A DNA stretch of 44,208 bases. Source: Polyangiaceae bacterium. GTDB taxonomy: Bacteria > Myxococcota_A > Polyangia > Polyangiales > Polyangiaceae. The DNA is taken from assembly GCA_035063585.1 (NCBI GenBank), contig JAPSGB010000038.1, positions 1-44,208 on the forward strand, in the 5' to 3' direction. The notes under the pieces were generated by a model. That model had not been told where the DNA came from, did not search any database, and saw only the letters and a program-made list of their open reading frames with translations. Position 1 is the first letter of the stretch; each line of letters starts with the position of its first letter. Position numbers and translations under genes: made by a program. Below, one piece after another: positions 18,694-28,910 of the stretch.

Positions 18694-19299
18694 TCACTCG
18701 AGCCGCGTGGGACGCCCCGAGCGGCGCCCGCGGCTCCCCAAGCGCCGGTGCGCGGCCGCGAGCAGCGTCATGAGCACGCGGCTGACGAGCCGCGTACCCG
18801 GCACCCGGAGGCTCGGCTGGGCCGCGAGCCACGCGATGTACGCGGGCGGCAGCCCGTGCTCGCGCGCGCCCTCGCAGAGGAGGTCGAGGTAGCGCCCCGA
18901 CGGCCTTCGGCCCCGCACCGGAGCGCGGGTCTGGAACGCGAGCGCCTCGATGCTGCCGCTCACCGCCCCGCGGACCCGGACCTCGACGAGCGCGTAGCCT
19001 CGCCCCTCGGTCGCGTCGATACGGTCGAAATCAGCGCCGGTGAGCTCCATGAGGACGCCGTGGACCACCTCGCCGGGCGCCGCCTCGATGCTCGCGAAGG
19101 CCGGCTCGAGGAGCGGGAGCCCGCGCTCGCCGAAGGTGAGCCGGTAGTCGGCGAGCGCGGCCGCCTCGCGGTGCAGCGGCTGGACTTGCCGCATGGAAAG
19201 GGCGCGCGACGACATGTTGGCACCGAACGCGAAGTACCACACGCGCTCGCCGCGCGGGCCCGACGCGCGGGTTGGCGGCGGAGCCTCGGCGTGTTCCAT
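18694..19299 (-). CDS. Gamma-glutamylcyclotransferase-family protein
   Basis: WYFAFGANM, YRLTF, VHGVLMEL...IDATEGRGY, PSGRYL...GAREHGLP..Y. Start placed at ATG 19299. Confidence 0.85.
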   Translation of the reverse strand: MEHAEAPPPTRASGPRGERVWYFAFGANMSSRALSMRQVQPLHREAAALADYRLTFGERGLPLLEPAFASIEAAPGEVVHGVLMELTGADFDRIDATEGRGYALVEVRVRGAVSGSIEALAFQTRAPVRGRRPSGRYLDLLCEGAREHGLPPAYIAWLAAQPSLRVPGTRLVSRVLMTLLAAAHRRLGSRGRRSGRPTRLE

Positions 19300-19377
19300 G
19301 TGCGCTACGGTCGCATATCGCCGGCTGCGCCGCAGCCGGTTCGCCTCGGGGCGCGAGATCGGCTTATCATACCGGCC

Positions 19378-20160
19378 GTGGTGGCAAGCGCCGACACCAT
19401 CGGGACCTGCTTCGAGATCGACGTCGAGCTCGTCGATCGGCTGCTCGCCGAGGGCCGCGACGAGGCGGCCCCGTTCGCGGCGGCGCTCGCGCTCATCGGG
19501 CGCATGGCGGCGCTCGCGCGGCCGCGCCAGGGCGCGGCGCGGATCCTCATCGTCTACGCGCGGCTCATCGAGCGCATCCTCCCCCACGGCGCGGTGACGC
19601 TGTCGGTCGCGCCGGACGGCGAGCGCACGGCGCTCGCGGCGCGGATCAGCGAGGGCGGCGCGCGCCGCGTCCTGCACGATCCCATCGAGCTCGACGTCCC
19701 CTTCGACGAGTTCATGCTCGCGCTCGAGCGAAGGATCGCCGGCACCGAGGCGCTCGAGGTCACCTGGAGCGATCCGATCTCACTCGCCTTCGAGCTCACC
19801 GCGCGCGGGATACTCGCGCCCGCCGCGTCGGACGACGACGCCGCCGACGACGCCGCGGGCCCGACCAGCGCCAAGCGCCGCCCGCCGCCCCTGCCGCCGC
19901 GGAGCGCCCGCCAGCCGCGGGATCCGCGCGGCAGACCGACCCTCCGCCTCGAGCGCGTGGAGATCCCCCCGGAGGCCTACCGCGACGATGCGCCGCCCGT
20001 GCCCGCCGGGGCGAGCCCGGACCGCGCCGAGGCCTCGAAGCTCCCTCCCACCGTCCGGCTGTCACCGCGCGGCGGCGACTCGAGCGAGCCCGCGCGCGAG
20101 GACTCCGTCGCGAGCCGGACCGACGGCGACCCCGACGCGCTCGACGACGGTTGGGACTGA
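19378..20160 (+). CDS. Hypothetical protein with a disordered Pro/Asp-rich C-terminal tail
   Basis: Coding-like 3' part of ORF 18682..20160. GTG 19378 follows a TATCAT box. Confidence 0.65.
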   Translation: MVASADTIGTCFEIDVELVDRLLAEGRDEAAPFAAALALIGRMAALARPRQGAARILIVYARLIERILPHGAVTLSVAPDGERTALAARISEGGARRVLHDPIELDVPFDEFMLALERRIAGTEALEVTWSDPISLAFELTARGILAPAASDDDAADDAAGPTSAKRRPPPLPPRSARQPRDPRGRPTLRLERVEIPPEAYRDDAPPVPAGASPDRAEASKLPPTVRLSPRGGDSSEPAREDSVASRTDGDPDALDDGWD

Positions 20161-20204
20161 TCCCGCGGCCCGGAGCGCGCCGTCTCGGCGTATCCTTCGC
20201 CGCG

Positions 20205-21755
20205 ATGACCGACTTTCCCGAACCAGGAACCGTTGCCCCCGCCACGGGGCGCGCGCTCGAGCCCATCCCGGCCTCGACCCTCGACGAGGTCCGCGAGGTG
20301 GTCGCGCGCGCCCGCGCCGCGCAGGCGGGCTGGGCCGAGACGCCGCTCGAAGCGCGCGCCGAGCGACTCCGCGCGGCGGCGCGCCGCATCCTCGACGGCG
20401 AGGCCGAGCTCTGCCGCATCCTCGAGGACGAGACGGGGCGCTCGCCGGTCGAGTCGCGCATGGCCGAGCTCGCGACCACGGCCGACTACGTGAAGGGCGT
20501 CATCCGCGCCGGGCGCCGCGCGCTCGCGCCCGAGCGCGTGAAGCTCTCCGCGCTGGATTTTCCCGGCAAGAAGGCCACCATCGAGCTCCTGCCGCGCGGC
20601 GTGGTCGGCGTCATCGCGCCGTGGAACTACCCGGTCGGCAACTTCTACAAGTCCGTGTGGCCCGCGCTCCTCGCCGGCAACGCGGTGGTCATGAAGCCGT
20701 CCGAGCACACCCCGCGCTCCGGCGCGTGGCTCCGCGACGCGCTCGCGGCCGCGCTGCCGCCCGAGCTCGTCGGGCTCGCGCAGGGCGCGGGCGAGGTCGG
20801 CCAGGCGCTCATCGGAGAGGTCGACGCGGTGGTGTTCACCGGCTCGGTGCCGACCGGGCGGCGCGTGGCGGCGCTCGCCGCCGAGCGGCTCATCCCCGCG
20901 TCGCTCGAGCTCGGCGGCAAGGACGCCGCCATCGTGCTCGCCGACTGCGATTTCCCGCGCACGGTCGCGGGCGTGCTCCAGTGGAGCATGCACAACGCCG
21001 GGCAGAACTGCGCCGGCATCGAGCGCGTGTACGTCGAAGCGGCGATCGCCGACCGCTTCGTCGAGGCGCTCGGCCGGGCCGCGAGACGGCTCGTGGTCGC
21101 GCCCGCCGACGGCCCGAGCGATCTCGGGCCGCTCCAGAACGCGCGCCAGCTCGCGCTCGTCGAGGCGCAGGTCGCCGCCGCTCGAGCGGCCGGCGCCGAG
21201 CTCGTGTGCGGCGGCGAGCGCACCGGCCGCGGCTACGGCTACGCGCCGACCGTGCTCGACCGCTGCACCGACGACATGCGCGTCGTGACCGAGGAGACCT
21301 TCGGTCCGGTGGTGGCGGTGCTGCGCGTGAAGGACGCCGACGAGGCGGTGCGCCGCGCCAACGCCTCGCGCTACGGACTGAACGGCTCGGTGTGGACGCG
21401 CGACCTCGCGCGCGGCGAGGCGCTCGCGCGCCGGCTCGAGGTGGGCGTCGCGCTCGTCAACAACCACTCCTTCACCGGCATCCTCCCCGAGACGCCGTGG
21501 ACCGGCGTGAAGGAGACCGGCACCGGCATCGCCGCGAGCCGGTTCGCCTACCCGACCTACACCCGCCCGCGCACGCTCCTCGTCGATCGCTCGTCGAAGC
21601 CCGATCCGTTCTGGTTCCCGGCCGACGCCGCGCTCGAGCAGATGAGCCTCGCGCTCGTCGAGCGAAACAAGGGCTCCTTCGGCGCGCTCTTCACCCTGGC
21701 CGGGCTCCTCGGAAAACGCGTCCGCGCCATCCGTGAGCGCGTCGGCGGGCACTGA
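20205..21755 (+). CDS. Aldehyde dehydrogenase family protein
   Basis: IAPWNYP, MKPSEHTP, FTGS, LELGGKD, NAGQNCAG (catalytic Cys), EETFGP, YGLNGSVW. Confidence 0.95.
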   Translation: MTDFPEPGTVAPATGRALEPIPASTLDEVREVVARARAAQAGWAETPLEARAERLRAAARRILDGEAELCRILEDETGRSPVESRMAELATTADYVKGVIRAGRRALAPERVKLSALDFPGKKATIELLPRGVVGVIAPWNYPVGNFYKSVWPALLAGNAVVMKPSEHTPRSGAWLRDALAAALPPELVGLAQGAGEVGQALIGEVDAVVFTGSVPTGRRVAALAAERLIPASLELGGKDAAIVLADCDFPRTVAGVLQWSMHNAGQNCAGIERVYVEAAIADRFVEALGRAARRLVVAPADGPSDLGPLQNARQLALVEAQVAAARAAGAELVCGGERTGRGYGYAPTVLDRCTDDMRVVTEETFGPVVAVLRVKDADEAVRRANASRYGLNGSVWTRDLARGEALARRLEVGVALVNNHSFTGILPETPWTGVKETGTGIAASRFAYPTYTRPRTLLVDRSSKPDPFWFPADAALEQMSLALVERNKGSFGALFTLAGLLGKRVRAIRERVGGH

Positions 21756-21923
21756 TTTTACTTCAGCTGGAATTTCGAGCCGGTCCGGGCCGGAATGATT
21801 TCGGTCCGGCGCGAAGCCGCGCGGTCCGAGGGGGGCAGATCCGGGCGCGCCGACTCGTATATATTCCGCGAAGGGTCGGGCTCGGTTCTCGAAGCGATAG
21901 AAAGCAGGATGGAGGGACCGTCG

Positions 21924-22547
21924 ATGCGTCACATGCTCTGGTTCGCGGTGGTGATGGCGGCAGGCTCGCTGGTCGGGTGTCATAAGGAGGAGGCGGCGCA
22001 AGAGCCGGCGACGAACGCCGCGACGCCGGCCGCGCCGGTCGCGGCCGAGCCTGCGCCGTCCGCCGCGGCGGGCGCGAGCCCGGCCGCTTCCGCGCCGAGC
22101 CAGCCCCCCACCACCCAGCAGGTCGCCGCGGCCCCGAAGCCCGCGACCTCGGGCGCCACCCTCCAGCCGAACGGCGCCTTCGCCCCCGGGAGCCTCGGCG
22201 CGAGCGGCACGGTCGCGACCGCGCCGGCAGCCAAGCCGAACGCCGCCTCGACCGCGGCGGCGTTCGGCGCGCTCGGCACGGCGCCCACCGCGGCGCCCAA
22301 GCCCACGCAAGCCGCGGCCGCGGCCACCGCGGCGCCCAAACCCCCACCCGCGACCGCCGCGCCCACCACGACCGCGGTCGCCGCCGCCGCGCCGACCGCG
22401 ACCGGCACCAGCAAGCCGCCGAAGAAGCCGTCGCTCTTCGCGCAAGGCTTCACGCCGCCAGCGGCGAACAAGGGCGCGGCGAGCGAGCCCGAGAAGCGAA
22501 ACCGCACCACGAAGGCGCCGACCCGTCCGGGAGCGACGCGCAAATGA
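21924..22547 (+). CDS. Ala/Pro/Thr-rich, probably disordered lipoprotein
   Basis: SD GGAGGG at 21911-21916; lipobox LVGC; stop overlaps the next start (ATGA). Confidence 0.75.
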   Translation: MRHMLWFAVVMAAGSLVGCHKEEAAQEPATNAATPAAPVAAEPAPSAAAGASPAASAPSQPPTTQQVAAAPKPATSGATLQPNGAFAPGSLGASGTVATAPAAKPNAASTAAAFGALGTAPTAAPKPTQAAAAATAAPKPPPATAAPTTTAVAAAAPTATGTSKPPKKPSLFAQGFTPPAANKGAASEPEKRNRTTKAPTRPGATRK

Positions 22548-25000
22548 GCGCCCGCCGCGCGGCGCTCGGGTTCGCGGCGCTCTTGCTCGCGGGCGCGCCG
22601 GCGTGCACCGTCATCGAGGAGCGAGCCTCCGGCGCGGGCGGCGCGGGCGGCGCGGCCGGCGCGGACGCGGGCGTGAGCACCTGCGAAGGCGTGACCGCGG
22701 ACGGCGAATGCGACGGCACGCGCGTCACCTTCTGCAGCGACGGCTCGATCAAGACGGTCGACTGCGCGGCGCTCGACTCGACCTGCGCGGTCACCGACGG
22801 ACGGGCGGACTGCGTCGAGCCCGAGCGCGCGAGCGGCTGCGGCGCGCTCACCGCGCTCGGCACCTGCAACGGGGCGGTGCTCTCCTACTGCGACTCGAGC
22901 GGGCTCAGCTCGATGCCGCGCGAGATCGACTGCGCCGCCTACGGGCAGCGGTGCGATCCCACCGGCGCCACCGATGGCGGCGCCATCTGCGTGCCGCAAG
23001 GCCCCTGCCCGACCGGGCTCGACGAGGACGGCGCGTGCACGGGAAATCAGCTCAGCTTCTGCGAGGCGGGTGAAAAGTACACGTTCGATTGCGGGGTCGA
23101 CCAGTGCGACGCGCGCGGCGGGTTCGCCGACTGCGTCGTGGTGGGCGCCGCGGACGGCTGCGGCGGCGAGACGGCCGAGGGGCGCTGCGACGCGAGCGGC
23201 AAGCGCGTGAGCTGCCAGGGCAACCAGGTGGCGACCGAAGACTGCGCGCTCCTCGGCCTCGAGTGCCGCAGCGACGGCGCGGGCAGCATGCGCTGCATGC
23301 CGCCGACCTCGTGCGCGACGAGCTGCCCGAACGGCACGAGCTGTCAGTCGGGGCGCTGCGCGCCGAACCAGACACCCTCCGCCGAGTGGACGTTCATGGT
23401 CTACGTCATCGGTGACAACAACCTCACCGCCGACGCCTGGCGCGACCTCAACGAGATGGAGGTCATCGGCTCGACCTCGGCGGTAAGCGTGTTGACCGAG
23501 GTCGAGTTCTCGTCGACCTACGACTATGCGCCGCAGGCGGCGTATCGCAACGCCGTCTATCGGATGAAGGTCCAGAAGGACGACGACTCCTCGGCGGTGA
23601 CCAGCTTGAAGACGGCCGAGAAGGTCGGCACCTTCAAGATGAGCGACCCTGCGCGGATCAGCGAGTTCGTGCGCTGGGGCGTCGAGCAGCACCCGGCCAA
23701 GCGCTACGCGCTCATCATGTGGAACCACGGCGCCGGCTACAAGGAGGCCTTCATCGACGACGGCGGCTCGCTCTCGCTGAAGGAGCTCGTCACCGGCGTC
23801 CGCGACTCGGGCGTGCACCTCGATCTCATCGGCTTCGACGCCTGCTACATGGGCATGCACGAGGTCGGCTACGCGATGCGCGGCCTGGCCGACGTCATGG
23901 TGGCCTCGGAGGAGTCCGAGCCGGGCGGCGGCTACCCGTACGACGCGGTGCTCTCACGGCTCACCGGCCAGCCGAGCATGAACGCGGCCGGGCTCGGCAG
24001 CGTCATCGTCGACGAATACACGAACGACTACGGCGGCAACCCGTACCGCTCGTACGACGTCACCAACTCGGCCATCGATCTCACGCGGATGGAGGCGTTC
24101 CACGCCCAGCTCGGGAGTATGGTCGGCGCGCTGGCGCAGGATCTGCCCGGCAACCGCGCCGGCGCCCGCGCCATGGCCGATTCGTCCGACATCCTGCGCT
24201 TCGGGCAGTCCGAGGATGCCGATCTCGGCACCGTCGCGAGCACCTTCCGCGGGCTCGGCTCGGCGACCGCCGCGGCAGCCGACGATCTCTCGGCGTCGCT
24301 CGCCTCCTCCGGGCTCGTCATCGACTCGAAGGCCATCGGCAGCGTGAGCGCCGCGACCGGGCTCGCCATCTTCCTGCCGCGGCCGGGCGGCGGCTACTAC
24401 GAGGGCGCGGGCGCCATCGAGGGCTACAAGAGCCGGGTCGCGTTCCTGCCCATGCAGCCGTGGATCGGCTTCGCGAGCGCGCTGGTGGACGCCTCCGAGC
24501 CGCCGCCGCCCCCGGTCGGCACGGGCGCGGTCGACCAGTTCCGGGTCGCGCTCTCGTGGGGCGACTCACCGACCAGCACGAAGTCGGGCGCCGACCTCGA
24601 TCTCTACGTCTTCGAGCCGGATGGAGACTTCGGCACGCCCGCGAACGGCTCGACCACCTCGAACGGGCGCCTCTCGGGCGACTCGTACGACACCGACCTC
24701 CCCGCCGAGTCCTACGAGCTCAATCCGTCACACGTGCCGGGCACTTACATCGTGCTCGTGCACTTCTACGGCGGGCCGCCCGGCGAGGTCGCCTACCCCA
24801 CGCTCCAGGTGTTTCGGCCGGACCTTCCCGGCGGGACCCGCACGCTCTTGCGCGGGAAGCTGAAGGATCGTGAGCTCGTCCAGATCCCGATGGATGACTC
24901 GAAGCCGCTCACCCAGCCGATCGACGGCGCGAACTTCCCCGGCGTGCTCGCGCTCGACTATTCGAACCTCTGGTACGCCACCACCATCGAGGTCAAGTGA
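22544..25000 (+). CDS. Clostripain-related (C11) cysteine peptidase lipoprotein with Cys-rich repeats and a YfaP/DUF2135-like C-terminus
   Basis: WTFMVYVIGDNNL, DLNEME, MWNHGAG (His), GFDACYM (Cys), VASEESEPG. C-terminal LSWG...DLDLYVFEPDG...LSGDS...ESY. Confidence 0.88.
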   Translation: MSARRAALGFAALLLAGAPACTVIEERASGAGGAGGAAGADAGVSTCEGVTADGECDGTRVTFCSDGSIKTVDCAALDSTCAVTDGRADCVEPERASGCGALTALGTCNGAVLSYCDSSGLSSMPREIDCAAYGQRCDPTGATDGGAICVPQGPCPTGLDEDGACTGNQLSFCEAGEKYTFDCGVDQCDARGGFADCVVVGAADGCGGETAEGRCDASGKRVSCQGNQVATEDCALLGLECRSDGAGSMRCMPPTSCATSCPNGTSCQSGRCAPNQTPSAEWTFMVYVIGDNNLTADAWRDLNEMEVIGSTSAVSVLTEVEFSSTYDYAPQAAYRNAVYRMKVQKDDDSSAVTSLKTAEKVGTFKMSDPARISEFVRWGVEQHPAKRYALIMWNHGAGYKEAFIDDGGSLSLKELVTGVRDSGVHLDLIGFDACYMGMHEVGYAMRGLADVMVASEESEPGGGYPYDAVLSRLTGQPSMNAAGLGSVIVDEYTNDYGGNPYRSYDVTNSAIDLTRMEAFHAQLGSMVGALAQDLPGNRAGARAMADSSDILRFGQSEDADLGTVASTFRGLGSATAAAADDLSASLASSGLVIDSKAIGSVSAATGLAIFLPRPGGGYYEGAGAIEGYKSRVAFLPMQPWIGFASALVDASEPPPPPVGTGAVDQFRVALSWGDSPTSTKSGADLDLYVFEPDGDFGTPANGSTTSNGRLSGDSYDTDLPAESYELNPSHVPGTYIVLVHFYGGPPGEVAYPTLQVFRPDLPGGTRTLLRGKLKDRELVQIPMDDSKPLTQPIDGANFPGVLALDYSNLWYATTIEVK

Positions 25001-25476
25001 GGGCGGTCGTCCTCGCCACCATCGCGCTCGGGCTCGCGCTCTCGGCCTGCCAGGGTTCGAGCAGCGCGAGCGCGCCGCCGCCTGCGTCCGCCACCGTGCC
25101 GCCGCCCGGTGCCGGCGCGCCGCTCGGCGCGCCGCCCGCGAGCGCGCCTCCCCCGAGCGGCGCGAGCGGCGCGCTCACCGTGAGCGCGGCGGCGGGCCTC
25201 GCGCCCGGCGCGCGCGCGCTCGTGCAGGGCTACTTCTTCGGGTGGCGCGGGCCGTGTCGCGCGACGCCGCCCTCACGCTCGGCCTGGCAGCTCGCGGAGA
25301 GCGAGGCGCCGGGCGCGGCGTGCCTCTACGTCGACGGCCCGATCCCGCCGGGAGCCAACGCGGCCTCGCCGGGGCCGCCGTATTTTCCGGTGCGCGTGGA
25401 GGGGACGCTCCAGGCCGCGGGCGCCGACCGCTTCATCGCGGCGGGTCGGGTCGAGCGGCTCCCGGGGGGGCCGTGA
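24997..25476 (+). CDS. Hypothetical lipoprotein
   Basis: Lipobox LSAC; GTGA coupling on both sides. Confidence 0.75.
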   Translation: MRAVVLATIALGLALSACQGSSSASAPPPASATVPPPGAGAPLGAPPASAPPPSGASGALTVSAAAGLAPGARALVQGYFFGWRGPCRATPPSRSAWQLAESEAPGAACLYVDGPIPPGANAASPGPPYFPVRVEGTLQAAGADRFIAAGRVERLPGGP

Positions 25477-26045
25477 AGCGCGCGCTCCTCGCCGCAGCCG
25501 GCGGCGCGCTCCTGCTCGGAGGATGGTGGGGTCTTCACGGCGCGGGAGCGTCGCGGCTCGCCCGGCCCGGTTCCGCGCCGGACCGACCTCCAGCCCCATC
25601 CGCAGAGCTCCCGCGCGAGGCGTCGAGCGGCGCCGAGCGCGTCCCGGGAGGCGCGCTCGGCGCGGAGCCGGCGCGACCGCGCGATGTCGCGCGGCCCGCC
25701 GAGAAGCCGCTCACGCCCTCGCGCCGCGCGCTCTCCGCGTCGAGCCCGCCGGTGGTGCCCGCGCTCGCGGTCGACGAGCTCGGCACGCCGCGCGAGCGGC
25801 TGCTCGCCGAGCCCGCGCGCGCGCTGCCCGCGGCGCGGGCCGCGCAGCTCGGCACGCTCTCGCGGCGCGCGAGCGCCCGCATCGCTGCGCTCGAGGCGGC
25901 GCTCGAGCGCGCCACCGGCGCCGAGCGCGAAGCCATCTCGAGTGACCTCGCCGCGCTCCGCAAGAACGAGCGCTACCGCGCGCGGCTCCTCCCGGGCGCG
26001 GCGCCCGCGCCCACGCGCCCGGGGGCGAGCGCGGGCGCGCGCTAG
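25473..26045 (+). CDS. Hypothetical protein with N-terminal membrane anchor and C-terminal helical region
   Basis: GTG overlaps the previous stop; KRALLAAAGGALLLGGWW anchor; 3' part of ORF 24870..26045. Confidence 0.6.
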   Translation: MKRALLAAAGGALLLGGWWGLHGAGASRLARPGSAPDRPPAPSAELPREASSGAERVPGGALGAEPARPRDVARPAEKPLTPSRRALSASSPPVVPALAVDELGTPRERLLAEPARALPAARAAQLGTLSRRASARIAALEAALERATGAEREAISSDLAALRKNERYRARLLPGAAPAPTRPGASAGAR

Positions 26046-26144
26046 CCGCTCGGCGGGCGGGGCCGGAAGACGGCCTCGTGGCGCGGGCTGCGCGCGCCGC
26101 CGGCAGACTCGCGCAGCCCGTCGCGCGGGCGTATACCGCGCGTC

Positions 26145-26978
26145 ATGACCTCTTCGAACCAGCTCGAGCAGGCGGGGCGCTTTCGGCAGATGCATCGCGG
26201 GGCAGCGCCGCTCTTGCTCGCCAACGCCTGGGACGCCGGCAGCGCGCGGCTCATCGAGCGGCTCGGGCTGCCGGCGGTCGCCACGACCAGCGGCGGAGTC
26301 GCCTGGGCGCTCGGTTACCGAGATGGCGAGCGCGCGCCGCTCGACGAGGTGCTCGGGGTGACCGCGCGCATCGTCCGCGCGGTCGCGGTGCCGGTCACCG
26401 CGGATCTCGAGACGGGCTACGGCGAGAGCTTGGGCGAGCTCGCCGAGACCATCCGCCGCGCGATCGAGGCCGGCGTGGTGGGCGTCAATATCGAGGATAG
26501 CCGCCCGGGCCACGGCGCGCGCCGCTCGGCCGAGGAGGCGGCCGAGCGCGTCGCGGCCGCGCGGGAGGCGTCGGAAGACGCCGGGGTCCCCATCGTCATC
26601 AACGCGCGCGTCGACGAGTGGATGACCGAGAGCGACGCCCCCGAGGCGGAGCGGCTCGAGCGGGCGACGGCGCGCGCGCGCGCCTACCTCGAGGCGGGCG
26701 CGGACTGCATCTTCCCGATCGGGCTGTCCGCTCCGAGTACGCTCCGAGCGCTCGTGCGCTCGCTCGCGGCGCCGGTGAACGTCATCGGCGGCCCCTCGAG
26801 CCCCACGCTCGCGGAGCTCGGCGCGCTCGGCGTCGCGCGGGTGAGCCTCGGCACTCGCCTCTCCGCGCTCGCGCTCGGCGCGGTCGACGGCGCGCTGCGC
26901 GCGGTGCTCGAGACCGGGCGCTTCGACGCGCTCCGCTCGGAGTTCGGGTATCCCGACGCCGAGCGCCTCTTCGACTGA
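26145..26978 (+). CDS. Isocitrate lyase / PEP mutase family protein
   Basis: ANAWDAGSA, ATTSGGVA, PVTADLETGYG, GVNIEDS, INARVD, AYLEAGADCIF, RVSLG. Confidence 0.92.
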   Translation: MTSSNQLEQAGRFRQMHRGAAPLLLANAWDAGSARLIERLGLPAVATTSGGVAWALGYRDGERAPLDEVLGVTARIVRAVAVPVTADLETGYGESLGELAETIRRAIEAGVVGVNIEDSRPGHGARRSAEEAAERVAAAREASEDAGVPIVINARVDEWMTESDAPEAERLERATARARAYLEAGADCIFPIGLSAPSTLRALVRSLAAPVNVIGGPSSPTLAELGALGVARVSLGTRLSALALGAVDGALRAVLETGRFDALRSEFGYPDAERLFD

Positions 26979-26994
26979 CCCGCGCGGCGCGCTG

Positions 26995-28836
26995 CTACTT
27001 CGGCGAGGCGGGGATGACGACCTCGTTGATGGGCATGATGTTCATGCCCGCGGGGTAGCCGTACGACACGTTCGAGGTGAAGTCCGTGGTGAGCGGCGTG
27101 CCCCAGCCCCACACCGTGACGCCGAAGGGCCCGGCGCTCGACATCTCGCGACGCCCGGTCCCGCAGCCGCCGACCGGCTGAAAATTGCCGGTCATGAGGT
27201 CGACGCGGGTGTACTCGTACTCGCCGAGCGGCTGCCAGCCGCCGAGGGCCCCGGCGCAGTCGAGGTTCACGTCGGCGAACGCGCCGCCGACCTTGCCGCG
27301 CACCACCACCAGGTTCGTCTCGGGGTAAGTCGGATCCGTGAAGAACACGTAGTGGTTCATGTACTGCTGCGGCGGCACCATGAGCACGAAGTCTGCGTCT
27401 CCGTAGCCATTCATTCCGGGTACGAAGCTGGAGCCGGTCATGAGCTCGAACAGGAGAAAGGGGTGCTGGTCGTCCTGGCTCGACACCAAGAACGGCGTCG
27501 CGGTCTGAAATTCCGCGACCTGACCGCGCGCGAGCGTGGCGGGCGCCCCGGGCGGCGTCGCGCCGACGTAGCCGAGCGCGGTACCGTCCACCGCGCCGAC
27601 CATGAGCCACACCGCGGGCTCCGTCTTTCGCTGGCGGTGCATGACCGCCACGTACTCATTGCCCATCGCGCGCACCGGCGGGATCATCTGCTCGGCGTGA
27701 TCGGCGTAGGACGTACCTACCGGCACCCGGAGTTGGCTGTGCCCCGCCATCAGCCCCACCGGCCGGTTCGAGGAGATCACGCTCCCGGTGAGCTCCGCGC
27801 TTTGCGAGAACTGCGCCATCTCACCCGCGTTCAGGCTGAACGTGAGCGGCGCGTTGGCGCCTCCCGCGGGCAGCCCGCCGCCGCCGGTGACCGCCGCCAC
27901 CGGGACCATGGTGACCTCGGTGCCGTCTTCCTTGGCGATGACGTTCAGGTTCGGGCCGTTGAGGTCGTTGCGGTACGCGGCCACGCCGATGTAGTTGCCA
28001 TCCCACGCGCTGGTCGGGATGAGGAGCGAGGAGCCGGTGACCGCGGCGTTGCCCCCGCCGTACGGGTTCACTTGGTAAGCGACCACCGGGACGTTGGTCC
28101 GCAGGCGGAAGGCGCGCCCCTTGCCCGTGCCGCTCACCATCGGCCCTTCTTGCATCGCCGCCGGGACCGGGCAGTTCGACTTCTCCGTCCCCTGCTTCCC
28201 CGCGAGAAACAGGATCGCGACCCCGCTCGGCGCGATGCCGCTCGACACGCTGGTCGGCTCGAGCGCGACGCTCGCGCCGGCGCCCTTCGGCACGTACGCA
28301 TACTGGTCGATGTCGATGGGCGCGCCGCCGAGCTCGACGGTGACCTGGGCGGGGGTGTTCCAGGTGTTCGCAACCACGACCGCGAAGCACGTCTGGTTGC
28401 TCTGCCAATACGTCGATGGGCTCATCTCCAGGAAGGCCGGGAAATACTCGCAGCCGACGCTCTGCTTGCTGGTCACGGTGACGTCGCACGCGTTGGCGCA
28501 TTTCCCCGTGGCAGGATCACAGCCTTGTTCGCCGCTGCAGGTCGCGAGCACGGCGCCTTGACAATCGAGGACCTGGTGCGAGTCCCCCGAGCAGTGCGCG
28601 GCGCAGGCCCCGCCCGCGGAGGCGTCGAAGTCGAAGCCCCCGTCTCCCGAGCGCCCACCGCTGCCGCCGGCGGCGCCGCCCGCGCCGCTCCCGCCCGTGC
28701 CGCTCGAGGCTCCGCCGCCCGCGCTGCCGCCGTCGCCGCTCGCGGAGCAGCCGGCAGCCAGACCGAGCGCGAGCGAGAGCCCTAGCGCGAGCGGAAGCCC
28801 TCTCTGACGCGGCCGGCGAAGTCCCGATGAAGGCAT
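26995..28836 (-). CDS. IgGFc-binding-domain lipoprotein
   Basis: Lipobox AAGC, Gly-rich linker, SVGCEYF, PVVAYQVNP, SSLLIPTSAW, DHAEQMIPP, SYGYPAGM. Start is uncertain. Confidence 0.85.
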   Translation of the reverse strand: MPSSGLRRPRQRGLPLALGLSLALGLAAGCSASGDGGSAGGGASSGTGGSGAGGAAGGSGGRSGDGGFDFDASAGGACAAHCSGDSHQVLDCQGAVLATCSGEQGCDPATGKCANACDVTVTSKQSVGCEYFPAFLEMSPSTYWQSNQTCFAVVVANTWNTPAQVTVELGGAPIDIDQYAYVPKGAGASVALEPTSVSSGIAPSGVAILFLAGKQGTEKSNCPVPAAMQEGPMVSGTGKGRAFRLRTNVPVVAYQVNPYGGGNAAVTGSSLLIPTSAWDGNYIGVAAYRNDLNGPNLNVIAKEDGTEVTMVPVAAVTGGGGLPAGGANAPLTFSLNAGEMAQFSQSAELTGSVISSNRPVGLMAGHSQLRVPVGTSYADHAEQMIPPVRAMGNEYVAVMHRQRKTEPAVWLMVGAVDGTALGYVGATPPGAPATLARGQVAEFQTATPFLVSSQDDQHPFLLFELMTGSSFVPGMNGYGDADFVLMVPPQQYMNHYVFFTDPTYPETNLVVVRGKVGGAFADVNLDCAGALGGWQPLGEYEYTRVDLMTGNFQPVGGCGTGRREMSSAGPFGVTVWGWGTPLTTDFTSNVSYGYPAGMNIMPINEVVIPASPK

Positions 28837-28910
28837 GACCGATGATATCTCCGTCAGGTCCCCTCGCCAACCGGCCCTCTGCGCTCGCCCGGCGTGATAG
28901 AAGGGTCCGG

